Source of the DNA: a virus
Lineage: Duplodnaviria > Caudoviricetes
Direction: 5' to 3' (one strand)
Virus record (IMG/VR): IMGVR_UViG_3300049782_000046
Span: 1-53,936 of that record
DNA length: 53,936 nt
Position 1 is the first letter of the stretch. Each line of letters begins with the position of its first letter. The translations under genes were made by a program, and so were the position numbers. Under the pieces are notes generated by a model that was given only the letters and a program-made list of their open reading frames with translations, did not search any database and was not told where the DNA came from. Below, in pieces: positions 45,490 to 53,936 of this stretch.

Positions 45490-46755
45490 TCAGCTACGTC
45501 CCTTCGCGGCCACAGCCGCCGCACTCTCGCTCATGCCAAGCGACGCGAACACGCCGCCCAGCTCGGACTCCACGTTGACCTGCGGTTCGCTGCCGCCTCC
45601 GAGCCCGCGGACCTGCCCGATCCCGGCAGCCTCAGCGAAGCGCGTCAGGTAGTCGCGCTCGCGGTCGATCGCGGACTTGATGCTCTTGACCAGAGCCGCC
45701 TCATCCAGCGCCCCCTCCTCGTTGAGGGGGACGTTGACGCCGGTCACCGACTCGATCACCTTGGCGTGGGCGACCTCGGGCAGCGTCGACTCGGCCAGCG
45801 TCTCGACGGCCTTGTCCCGGGCGGTGTTGTTGGCGATGAGCCGCAGGTTGGTCCGCTCGGCCTCGGCGAGCTTGGTGTTGGCCTCGGCCAACTGGCGGGA
45901 CTGGTCGCCAAGCTTGGCGATCTCCAGTTCCGCCTCGGCCAGCTTCTGCTTGGTCTCGGCGAGAGAGGTGCGCAGTTCCGCCTCGCTCAGTTCGATCGGG
46001 CCGCCGTTCGGCGTGCCCTGTGCGTTGGTGCCTCCGCTCACGGGGGCTACCTCCTTCAGGGTGGTGACCGGCGGCGCCGGTACGTGGTTCTCCGCGGCCT
46101 CTGCGACCTCGGCAGGCTTGATGAAGTCCTCGTCGTCGTCCGGGCTGTCGCCTGGCTCGTCGTCGCTCTTGTCGTCATCGACGTCACCCGGTTCTGCCTG
46201 CCGGGTGGATTCGGTGGCCTTGCGCAGCAGATCTCCGGACTGGGCGCGTGCGGACTCCAGGAGAGCGACGACCTTGCCTCCTGCGCCTGCCGCGGTCACG
46301 AAGTCCACGGACGCGGCCTCGGTCAGCGAGGTGACGATCGGGCCGCGGATGCTCTCCTCTTTGGACGGTTCGACCGTCCCCGAGGCGCGAATCGACATGC
46401 CGATGTCCTTCCACATGGACTCGATCACTTCGGCCCAGTGGGGGTAGACCTCAACGTCGGCGTACAGGCCGTCCCGCTCGTACGCCGCGGCGGAGGCGAG
46501 CCGCCCCACCCGGTCACGCAGCGAGCGCTCCGGCCTCTCGTATTCGTCGCTGGCTTTCGGATGGTCCAGGTAAAGCGGAAGCCCCTCACGAAACACCGCG
46601 GCATCGCGCTTCAGCATCTCCGCCGGGTAGAACCCGCTGGAGCCCTGAATGTCTCCCTGGATGATGCGGGCGCGGAACCGTCTCCCCTTCGGCGCCTGCC
46701 CTCCGGCAGCCTCAGCGAGCGGCACGCGCTCGGTAAGCGCCTGCTGTTCAGGCAT
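45490..46755 (-). CDS. Capsid maturation protease / scaffold fusion
   Basis: YLDHP, IGMSIRASG, SVDFVT..GAGG; C-terminal coiled coil. Confidence 0.8.
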   Translation of the reverse strand: MPEQQALTERVPLAEAAGGQAPKGRRFRARIIQGDIQGSSGFYPAEMLKRDAAVFREGLPLYLDHPKASDEYERPERSLRDRVGRLASAAAYERDGLYADVEVYPHWAEVIESMWKDIGMSIRASGTVEPSKEESIRGPIVTSLTEAASVDFVTAAGAGGKVVALLESARAQSGDLLRKATESTRQAEPGDVDDDKSDDEPGDSPDDDEDFIKPAEVAEAAENHVPAPPVTTLKEVAPVSGGTNAQGTPNGGPIELSEAELRTSLAETKQKLAEAELEIAKLGDQSRQLAEANTKLAEAERTNLRLIANNTARDKAVETLAESTLPEVAHAKVIESVTGVNVPLNEEGALDEAALVKSIKSAIDRERDYLTRFAEAAGIGQVRGLGGGSEPQVNVESELGGVFASLGMSESAAAVAAKGRS

Positions 46756-46757
46756 AG

Positions 46758-47012
46758 TCACTCCTTCCCGCCAGGGCACGGTGTGGACGGCGTGGCCGCT
46801 CCGTAGGTGGCATGCCAAGTGCCGGGGCCGGGTTGATCACTGCCGTCGTACAGGCAGCGAGTGAAATACATGCCCTCCGGGTTCAGCACAGCCAGCGCGC
46901 ATGCGTCCCGGTCGGGGAGCTCAGTGATGATGGCGGCCCGGCATTCGCTCTTGTATTCGCCACCTGGGGTGCCGTAGCTGACGTAGTGGACGATCTCGCC
47001 GACGTACGGCAT
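46758..47012 (-). CDS. Hypothetical phage protein
   Basis: GEIVHYVSYGTPGGEY..CRAAIITE; RBS GGAGG. Confidence 0.65.
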   Translation of the reverse strand: MPYVGEIVHYVSYGTPGGEYKSECRAAIITELPDRDACALAVLNPEGMYFTRCLYDGSDQPGPGTWHATYGAATPSTPCPGGKE

Positions 47013-47027
47013 GGGTGGACCTCCAGG

Positions 47028-47180
47028 TCAGGTGACGTTCGGGATGAAGCCGGCGAACACGAGCAGGCACCCGGCGGTGCAGACGAGGGCGGCGATCCAC
47101 GCCTTGTTGACGGCGGCGTAGATGGCGGCGCCGAGCAGGCATAGGGCGGCGATGATGACGAGGAGTTCGGGGACGGACAT
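47028..47180 (-). CDS. Small two-TM protein
   Basis: RBS GGAGG; MSVPELLVIIAALCLL... Confidence 0.6.
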   Translation of the reverse strand: MSVPELLVIIAALCLLGAAIYAAVNKAWIAALVCTAGCLLVFAGFIPNVT

Positions 47181-47197
47181 TCGGTCCTCCAGTGGGT

Positions 47198-48283
47198 TCA
47201 GGCGGCGCGCTGATTGCGCAGTTTGGCGATCCGCTCCAGGTCCTTGACCGGCCTGACACCCCAGGAGTCGCGCCACTCAGGGGTGGTGCGGAGCTCGGAC
47301 AGGTCCTCCCACGTGATCTCTCCCGAGCGGAGGAGGTCGAGGCGGGCGCGGCCCATGATGGCGACCTGCTCGGCCTCTGGGAGGGCGTCGAAGATTGTGT
47401 GGGCGTCGGGCAGGAGGTCGTCGGGTTCGTCGATGTCGAATCCGAGATCCGCCCAGGACTTGGTTTTGGGTGTGCGGGAGCAGCGGCCCTGCTGGTGGTC
47501 GATCGGCCCCGGAACGCTTAACGGGAAGACCTTGCCATGAAGCGCCCAGCATGAAGGGCACGTCCGGCCTCGACTGGTGTTCAGCTCGGCGTGCCACACC
47601 CAGCCCTCTAGGACGTCGTTGTGCTGCTCTTGGCCGACCTCGGCGGCTTCCCGGTGGGCGTCGAGGATCTCGGTTCGTGCCAGGTTGAGAGCCCTCGTGA
47701 GACCGCCGTTGAACTCACCTTCGAGGTTCTTCACCATGCGGGCCGCGGCCGTGCGCGGGTTGTCCCCCACGGCCACGCCGCGCACGAGTTCCTGTTTCAT
47801 CCGCTTGGTCGCCTCATCGGCGAGGGGCCAGTGCCGGGCGTTGATCTGCTCTGCGGTGCGGCGCACGATCGCGTCGATCGCGTCCGGCAGTTGCACCCCG
47901 AACCTTGCTGCAAGCGCCTGCGTGGACCCGTACGGCAGCTGTGAGGCGATCAATGCGCCCTGAGTCTGGAGCCCTAGCCGAGCCGCTTCCGTGGCTCCAG
48001 CAACGGTCTGGGAGCGCGCCAGGGCGGCGAGGCGTTCAAGTGTCTGCCCGATCACGTCAATGGCCCGTACGGCGCGGGCCGTGCGCTCGATCTGCCGGCG
48101 CGTAGGCCACCTGCCGTCGCCGACTTGGAGGAGTTCCCCGATCGCGGCGACGACCTCGAACACGATCTCGTCCCACGCCCTCACCCACGCGGCCACCAGG
48201 CTGTTGGTGACGTCATCCACGATGGAGCCGACCTGGCGGCGGAGTTGCTCGGCGATCCTCAGCGTTTCTGCTGTGATCGCCAT
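47198..48283 (-). CDS. MuF-like minor head protein
   Basis: RALNLARTE, RTCPSCWALHG, DHQQGRC. Confidence 0.85.
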   Translation of the reverse strand: MAITAETLRIAEQLRRQVGSIVDDVTNSLVAAWVRAWDEIVFEVVAAIGELLQVGDGRWPTRRQIERTARAVRAIDVIGQTLERLAALARSQTVAGATEAARLGLQTQGALIASQLPYGSTQALAARFGVQLPDAIDAIVRRTAEQINARHWPLADEATKRMKQELVRGVAVGDNPRTAAARMVKNLEGEFNGGLTRALNLARTEILDAHREAAEVGQEQHNDVLEGWVWHAELNTSRGRTCPSCWALHGKVFPLSVPGPIDHQQGRCSRTPKTKSWADLGFDIDEPDDLLPDAHTIFDALPEAEQVAIMGRARLDLLRSGEITWEDLSELRTTPEWRDSWGVRPVKDLERIAKLRNQRAA

Positions 48284-48286
48284 CGC

Positions 48287-49993
48287 CTACTCCTCTTCGT
48301 CGTCCTCGGAGGTGTCGGCCTGCTCATCGTCTTCGGGTGTTCCCTCGCCGTCCTCAGGCTGCTCGGGTTCACGGTCGCCTCCGCCGAGCGCCGCCGCGGG
48401 GTCTTCGCCACGGCGGAACGCATCCACCGCTGCCTGCCCTGCCCGGCCTACAGCACCTTCGGGTGGGACGAAGTTGCCGTCATCATCGGTCAACCCGTCG
48501 ATGATCTCGTCCACGTCCGTCACCCCGAGAGCCTCCAGGAGCAGGCGCACCACAACCAGCGGCGGCAGATACGAGGTGCCGTCGGCCTTGACGATGGCGT
48601 CGATCACCATCGCGGGGTCAATGTCCTCAATGTCAGGCCAAGAGATGTCGATCGCCCGGTCGGTGTCGCCGTCGAGCTCGACCATCTCGCGCCCGTCAGC
48701 GTCCCGGGCGGCCTTGCCCTTGAGCGCCCCCTCGGGTGCCTTCACAGCCTGGTCGATGACGTAGTTGAGGATCGCCCGCAGGGATTCGGTGTGGACGTTG
48801 CGGCGCAGGTCCATGCTGCGCTCGGTCGGCGAGTCCAGCGTCTCCGCTGTAGCCCTGGCGCCGGTGGTGCCCGGGTCGCCCAACAGCATCGTCACCGGGA
48901 CGTCCAGCGCGGCGGCGACCATGGCGGCGAGTGGCCGGCCGGACTCGGAGTCGATCGTGGCGCCGGACTTGGGGATCGCCTCCAACGCCATGTCCGGAGT
49001 CATGAGGGCGGTCGCGCCGGCGCGCTGCGGGTCGCCCGTGTACCGGTCGGTGGCTGGTGCTGCGGCGATGCGGGCCCTGGCCGCGGCCTGCTTGCTCCCC
49101 TTCGAGGTCAATCTCCAGGCGAACCGTGACAGCGCCTTGATCAGGGTTGCCCAGTCTTCCAGGAACGTCTTGTACGCGTGCGCCCAGTCGATCGCCGCGT
49201 ATGCGTCCGGGACGCCGAACTTCCAGCCCTTCAGCCCGTTCACCCGCACGTGGTATACGGGCGCGTCCCAGTACACCTCGGCCAGCTGGTTGTCGCCGTA
49301 GTAGGGGAAGTTGAGGCGGCGAGGCTTGACGGGAGGGTTGTAGCCGAGCGCCGGATAGTAGGCGACCCTGCGCACCTGCTGAATACCCGCGTCCAGCCGC
49401 CGATCTTCCCACCATTCGCGCCTGAAAAACCACGGTTCGCTGCTGTCCTCGGGGTTGCAGATCACGTCGGTGATCTCGTCCCAGGGCAGGCTGCGCACCT
49501 GCACGCGTCCGGTGCGGGGGCTGGTGAACAGGGCGTAGAAGACGTTGCCGTCCGTGCCAAGTTGGCGTTCGGTTTCCTCGCGGGCTTGCGCGGAGGAGAA
49601 CACGCGGCGGTTGCCCTCGTCGTCGAGGAAGGATTGCACGACGGCGTTGACGTCCTGCTGGCCGCGCTGCTTGCCGTTCGCCCGCGCGCTGATCTGGACC
49701 CCTTGGCCCCACACGTACGCGTTCCGCAACGCCAGGCCGCGTTTGATGAGCGGCGACTTGATCGCCATGATGCGGCACACGGCGGTGATCTGCTGCAGGC
49801 CTTGGCGGGAGAACTCCTGCTCGGCGTACGCGGTCAGCTTCTGCCAGCCGGGCTCGTACATGCGGGCTTCGAGGTCGTCTATCGACTCCTGCAGATGGGA
49901 GACCACCTGTCGCTCAGCCTTAACCACCTCGGCGAGTTCGGTACGGCCGGTCACCCGGTAGATCGTTTCCTGGATGCGGGAGGCGATACCCAC
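48287..49993 (-). CDS. Portal protein
   Basis: Position after terL; size; DGNVF, MLLGDPG..GARATAETLD. Confidence 0.8.
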   Translation of the reverse strand: MGIASRIQETIYRVTGRTELAEVVKAERQVVSHLQESIDDLEARMYEPGWQKLTAYAEQEFSRQGLQQITAVCRIMAIKSPLIKRGLALRNAYVWGQGVQISARANGKQRGQQDVNAVVQSFLDDEGNRRVFSSAQAREETERQLGTDGNVFYALFTSPRTGRVQVRSLPWDEITDVICNPEDSSEPWFFRREWWEDRRLDAGIQQVRRVAYYPALGYNPPVKPRRLNFPYYGDNQLAEVYWDAPVYHVRVNGLKGWKFGVPDAYAAIDWAHAYKTFLEDWATLIKALSRFAWRLTSKGSKQAAARARIAAAPATDRYTGDPQRAGATALMTPDMALEAIPKSGATIDSESGRPLAAMVAAALDVPVTMLLGDPGTTGARATAETLDSPTERSMDLRRNVHTESLRAILNYVIDQAVKAPEGALKGKAARDADGREMVELDGDTDRAIDISWPDIEDIDPAMVIDAIVKADGTSYLPPLVVVRLLLEALGVTDVDEIIDGLTDDDGNFVPPEGAVGRAGQAAVDAFRRGEDPAAALGGGDREPEQPEDGEGTPEDDEQADTSEDDEEE

Positions 49994-50009
49994 GAACGGC
50001 CTCCCTCGG

Positions 50010-51455
50010 TCAGTAGGGCGAGATGCTCAGGGCCAGGTCGTCATCGAGGTCTTCGCCGTCGACGATCTCGTCAGGCGGCGCCACGTGCGCGTAGGCGAGC
50101 ATCACCGAGTCGGCTCGGTCCGGGGATGGCAGGCCGCGCTTCTTCATGTCGTCCTTCGACTCGATCAGGACCTGACCGCGGGCCGTGTACTTGTACTTGA
50201 GGGTGCCGAGCTGGGCGGCGAGTTCGTCGTCTTCCGGGTCGAGGTCGATGTCGCCGGACTCGAACCGTTCGCGCAGTCCCCACCACCATTCGGCGCGGGC
50301 GTTCGCGTAGTGCTCCCGGTCGATCGCTCCGGCTCCTGACTGCATGTCCAGGACGTCATGCCCTGCTTCGAGGAGTTCGTCGACCACGCCGGAGCCGACG
50401 CCGACACCGTCCACGCGGATCTCGTGCACGTGGTGGGCGCGTTTGGCGGCGATGACCTTGCCTGTGGTTTCGGTGGTGCGGGCGTGGGCGTGGTCGCCGA
50501 TGATGCGGGCCACGGGGCCGCGGGCGAGGCAGAACACGCTGCGGTCGGACCCGAACCGGGCCACGTCCACGCCGAGGACGTTCACCGGGCCTGGGCTCAG
50601 GGTCCGCTGCTGGGCGGCTTCGATCCAGCGAGGCGAGATGAGCGTGTCGTCGCCGACCTCGGGGAATTCGCCCAGCACCTTCGAGGTGTAGCGGGGCGAG
50701 GTTTCGCCCCAACGCTTCCGCTTGTCCTCCACCCACTCCGGCGACAGCATGAGCGGCCGGAGCTTCTCGGGGAACGGCTCGTCGGTGAAGTTCGGCGTGT
50801 CGAACGCGGAGACGCCGATGACGTTCCACCCGGAGCCCGGCTTGCACACGTTACCGAACTCGGTGTTCGGGTCGTCCGGGTTGCCGATCGCCAGAATGCG
50901 GCAGTCGGCACCAGTCGTGATCGCCTCGACGGCCGTCCAGAGTTGCTCAGGGATGCCGCACGCCTCATCTAGCAAGACCAGGACGTAGCGGCGGTGAATG
51001 CCCTGGAAGCCGTGCTGGTCAGTGTCGGCCGGCTTACGTCCCCAGCCGACCAGGGTGCCGTCGTCAAGCTTCCATTCGTCGCTCTGGAGAACGCGCCCGG
51101 GTAGCGGTTCGCCCATCGCTGCGGCGAGCTTGGCGGTCTTGCGGATCTCCTCCCACAAGATCGCGTGGACCTGCGGGTAGGACGGGGCAGTCGAGACCAC
51201 GAACGCTTCGCCGGGCGGGTGGACGTCGATCCACCACGAGCCGAGCATGCCCGCGGTCCACGACTTGCCGGCGTTGTGGCACGACTTCACAGCGGTGCGC
51301 CGGTTGGCGACCACCGATTCGGAGATGTCGCGCTGCTTGGACCACAGGTGAACGCCGAGCCGTGCTCGCGCCCAGCCTTCAGGATCTCGCCTGTACGGGG
51401 AGACGGGCGGCGGCTCGAAAGCGCGTGCTGCGTGCTCCCAGGCAGTCAGCGTCAT
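50010..51455 (-). CDS. terL: Terminase large subunit
   Basis: SCHNAGKS, VLLDEA, IGNP, LGVDVARFGSD, SPDRADS. Confidence 0.93.
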   Translation of the reverse strand: MTLTAWEHAARAFEPPPVSPYRRDPEGWARARLGVHLWSKQRDISESVVANRRTAVKSCHNAGKSWTAGMLGSWWIDVHPPGEAFVVSTAPSYPQVHAILWEEIRKTAKLAAAMGEPLPGRVLQSDEWKLDDGTLVGWGRKPADTDQHGFQGIHRRYVLVLLDEACGIPEQLWTAVEAITTGADCRILAIGNPDDPNTEFGNVCKPGSGWNVIGVSAFDTPNFTDEPFPEKLRPLMLSPEWVEDKRKRWGETSPRYTSKVLGEFPEVGDDTLISPRWIEAAQQRTLSPGPVNVLGVDVARFGSDRSVFCLARGPVARIIGDHAHARTTETTGKVIAAKRAHHVHEIRVDGVGVGSGVVDELLEAGHDVLDMQSGAGAIDREHYANARAEWWWGLRERFESGDIDLDPEDDELAAQLGTLKYKYTARGQVLIESKDDMKKRGLPSPDRADSVMLAYAHVAPPDEIVDGEDLDDDLALSISPY

Positions 51456-51587
51456 GGCCGCTCCCCACGGACAGTAACGGTGACGCCGCATCGCTTCGAC
51501 CAGCACACCCCTTGATCGGAGTCATCCTCATTCACGGGCGGGCAAGCAGGAGGTTCGAGATTCGACACTCGCCGATCTCACTCAGCG

Positions 51588-52178
51588 TTACGACACCGAC
51601 CGGAGATGCCGAGGTACCACGGTTGGGATCAGTGCTCGTTGCTCCGCAGTCAGGTCGAGATCATCGAAGATCCTCTGTAGCAGGCCCACGATGAGGGCGC
51701 CCTGCTGCTCAGCCAACCGCACCTGCCGCTCGGCGATGCCCGCGGCGAGAGCTGCCTTGCACACGTCCGTCAGGTGCTTGCGCTCGGCCTGGTACAGCGT
51801 CAGCCACACGTTCGGCTTGGCCGCCGACGTGGTGTCAGTGCCGGTGAACTCGCCAGAGCCCTTGTCGACCTCTTCGACGACACCCCAGACCAGGTCGGCC
51901 TCGTCGACCTCTTGGACCTTCTCGTGCAACCAGGCGACGTGGCCGGCGGTCCGGTGGACCTCTTCAAGCAGCGCTGTTCCTGGGTCGACCTCACGGGGCA
52001 GTCCGTACGTGGCGACCGCGCGCCGGGCCATCTCTGCCTTCGCTGCGGCCTTGTGTGTCGGGGTGCTTCCCCCGTGGTTCTTGCACTTGCCGATTCCCGG
52101 ATGATCGGTGCCCCACCCGGCCGAGCGGCCACAGGGCTGCCCTTGGCGATTCGTCCCACCGCAACGGTCAGTGTTCAT
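51588..52178 (-). CDS. terS: Terminase small subunit-like protein (HGG motif)
   Basis: CGG....PC...CKNHGGSTP; directly upstream of terL. Confidence 0.65.
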   Translation of the reverse strand: MNTDRCGGTNRQGQPCGRSAGWGTDHPGIGKCKNHGGSTPTHKAAAKAEMARRAVATYGLPREVDPGTALLEEVHRTAGHVAWLHEKVQEVDEADLVWGVVEEVDKGSGEFTGTDTTSAAKPNVWLTLYQAERKHLTDVCKAALAAGIAERQVRLAEQQGALIVGLLQRIFDDLDLTAEQRALIPTVVPRHLRSVS

Positions 52179-52329
52179 GGCCTGCGTCGTTCCGGTCTTC
52201 GTCCATGGCCTGGGCGGATGGAAGTGGGACGGCGGCGCGCTGCTCGTCATGCAGTCTCATGGCCTGTGTGTACTTGAGCCCTGTCTCGGCCATGAGTTTG
52301 CGGATCGCCCGCTTGCGGTTGTCACTCAT
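52168..52329 (-). CDS. Small basic protein (53 aa)
   Basis: MSDNRKRAIRKLMAETGLKYTQAMR; overlaps both neighbours. Confidence 0.55.
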   Translation of the reverse strand: MSDNRKRAIRKLMAETGLKYTQAMRLHDEQRAAVPLPSAQAMDEDRNDAGHEH

Positions 52330-52549
52330 GGGAAGCCTCCAAGTGCTCGACTGCTTCGGCCCACAAGCTGGGGATGGTGGCGACCGTGGGCACGTTCGGG
52401 TGTTGGTAGGGCTCGCCGTAGTAGGCCAGCGGTCTGCCTCCGTCGTAGTGGTCTCCGCAGTGGAGTCCTACTCCGCCGTGTTCATCACCAGCGAGGTAGA
52501 GGGCGGGGTGGAAGAGCGCGGCGATGAGGGCGTCGGTGGAGACCTTCAC
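52322..52549 (-). CDS. Hypothetical protein (GGVGLHC domain)
   Basis: RBS GAGGAG; GTGA overlap. Confidence 0.6.
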   Translation of the reverse strand: MKVSTDALIAALFHPALYLAGDEHGGVGLHCGDHYDGGRPLAYYGEPYQHPNVPTVATIPSLWAEAVEHLEASHE

Positions 52550-53028
52550 GGCTGGGGCTCCTCGCCTCGGTTGTGGTGGGTGACGAGATGCATTGCGGCC
52601 ACAGCCCACATGCTGGAGACGGAGGAGACGTAGGCGATCTCTGTGCTTCCGCGTTCGTCGTCCTGTGCACCGACGAAGGCGACGGGTGCGCCGGGGTTCG
52701 GGCAGGCTCGGCAGTGCAGGCCGACGCCTCCGCCTTTGTGTCCGTGAAGGTGGAGGTCGGGGCTGGTCAGGACGCGGTAGGCGAGTTCCCGAAGGTCGAG
52801 GGGCGCGGACGTCTCAGGTGCGGCGCCACCTGCCATGAGGCCGAGCGGAGTAGCGGGTGCGTGTACCTCTCCGTCGGGGACGATGAGTTCGTAGCGGCAG
52901 CCTGAACACCTCACCACCAGGCCGGGAGGGTCAATGCCGTCGGTGCCGCAGGAGCAGCGCCAGTACATCTTGACGGGCGAGGTGATGTCGGGCGCGAGCC
53001 TGACAGCGAAGACGATGCGGTTGCTCAT
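52546..53028 (-). CDS. Zn-ribbon plus GGVGLHC domain protein
   Basis: CSCG...CSGC; RBS GGGAG. Confidence 0.6.
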   Translation of the reverse strand: MSNRIVFAVRLAPDITSPVKMYWRCSCGTDGIDPPGLVVRCSGCRYELIVPDGEVHAPATPLGLMAGGAAPETSAPLDLRELAYRVLTSPDLHLHGHKGGGVGLHCRACPNPGAPVAFVGAQDDERGSTEIAYVSSVSSMWAVAAMHLVTHHNRGEEPQP

Positions 53029-53050
53029 GAGGGGTCTCCCGGGGTGTGGC

Positions 53051-53091
53051 GACGGCCCCGAGTTTCCCGGGGGAGGCTGCTCGGGGCCGTC
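53051..53091 (-). terminator. Hairpin
   Basis: gacggccccgag...ctcggggccgtc. Confidence 0.6.
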
Positions 53092-53128
53092 TAACCTGCG
53101 GTGATCGGCCGCAGGGTTCTTGTAGTGG

Positions 53129-53431
53129 TCAGGCGATCTTTACGGGGTCGCCTTCAATCACTGGCTCTTCTGGTGAGGCGCTGATCCGGACGTAGCCCAC
53201 GTACGTGCCAGGCGCTGAGGAGAAGTCGAAGTTCGTGCCGGGCCCGATGAGGATCTGGGCGACGGTCTGCCCGTTCTCGTCCTCACCCCAGCCGGCTTCT
53301 TTCCATCCGTCCGAGGTGGGACGGAGAGGGTAGAGCCTCACCTGCATGTCCACGTCGAGCGTGGTGAGGGTGACCGGGCCGTCCACGGGGACTTGCAGGT
53401 ACTCCTTCGATTCCCTGGGGATCGGCTCCAC
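53129..53431 (-). CDS. Hypothetical (possibly virion) protein
   Basis: RBS AGGAGG; PGTYVGYVRI..SPEEPV. Confidence 0.65.
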   Translation of the reverse strand: MEPIPRESKEYLQVPVDGPVTLTTLDVDMQVRLYPLRPTSDGWKEAGWGEDENGQTVAQILIGPGTNFDFSSAPGTYVGYVRISASPEEPVIEGDPVKIA

Positions 53432-53443
53432 TGCGCCCTCCTG

Positions 53444-53936
53444 TCACGGTGCGGTAGTCCAGCGGCGGGCGGGAACCCCTGCGGTCCACGGGTCTTCACC
53501 CGTGGTTGGGGAGGTCCAGCGTCGCTCCGCTGGTCTGTCCCCAAGATGGACGTCGATATCGCCAGACTCACCTGCGACTTGAACGCTGGCCGCTTCGGAG
53601 AGGGTCGCCTGATCGCTGGCCGTCGTCGACACCGCGACTGCGGCCAGGAACGAGGCGATGCCCTGGTCTGACAGTGCTAGAGATGCGGCGAGTTGGGCGT
53701 GGTCGTTGAGGATCGCCTGGTCGTCGGCGTCGAAGGCGGCGCCGATGAACAGGTCCGCGTTCTCGCTCAGGGTGGCCGCGTCTGTGGCGCTGGTCTGGGT
53801 TGTGACGTCGGCGGTGTCGGTGAGGTTGGTCTGGTCCGCGCCTGGGGTGGTCGCGGCCAGGCTGCTGGCGTCTGTGAGGGTGGCCGTGTCTTCGGCGGTG
53901 GGGCCGGCGGACTGGTCGACGGCTGCTGTCTCGCTC
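53444..53936 (-). CDS. C-terminal part of a repeat-rich (D-x-A-x-L-x-D/E) protein; start lies outside the window
   Basis: Open frame from the right edge: EDTATLTDA, DQTNLTDTA, DAATLSENA, DQAILNDHA, DQATLSEAA. Confidence 0.7.
   Translation of the reverse strand, partial: SETAAVDQSAGPTAEDTATLTDASSLAATTPGADQTNLTDTADVTTQTSATDAATLSENADLFIGAAFDADDQAILNDHAQLAASLALSDQGIASFLAAVAVSTTASDQATLSEAASVQVAGESGDIDVHLGDRPAERRWTSPTTGEDPWTAGVPARRWTTAP

Noticed and set aside
43966-46806. Long plus-strand ORFs opposite the capsid and protease genes (likewise 8902-10182 and 34488-35492)
   Set aside because: Antisense shadows typical of high-GC coding DNA; no motifs or RBS

Overview
High-GC actinomycete temperate siphophage-like genome segment, with almost all core genes on the minus strand. 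Reading right to left: a repeat-rich virion protein, terminase small and large subunits, portal, MuF, protease/scaffold, Mu-gpT-like capsid, neck, and tail genes (with a -1 frameshifted chaperone and a tape measure protein). These are followed by a lysis cassette, a ~14 kb accessory block, an attP-like site (3' half of tRNA-Pro GGG flanked on both sides by arm repeats), a tyrosine integrase, an immunity/xis region, and early genes (RecT, Cas4-like nuclease, HNH, C5 DNA methyltransferase). Two features stand out. (1) The accessory block holds a Streptomyces-plasmid/AICE-type transfer module (GntR-UTRA repressor with palindromic operator, Spd-like membrane proteins, TraB-like FtsK/SpoIIIE ATPase, candidate cis repeats) with no integrase or Rep of its own, suggesting a phage that may also spread by hyphal conjugation. 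(2) A 111-nt tRNA-like RNA at the end of the late operon has a Glu-type body and encoded CCA, but its anticodon arm is replaced by a 52-nt GAAA-capped hairpin. All calls come from reading motifs by eye; no database searches were run.
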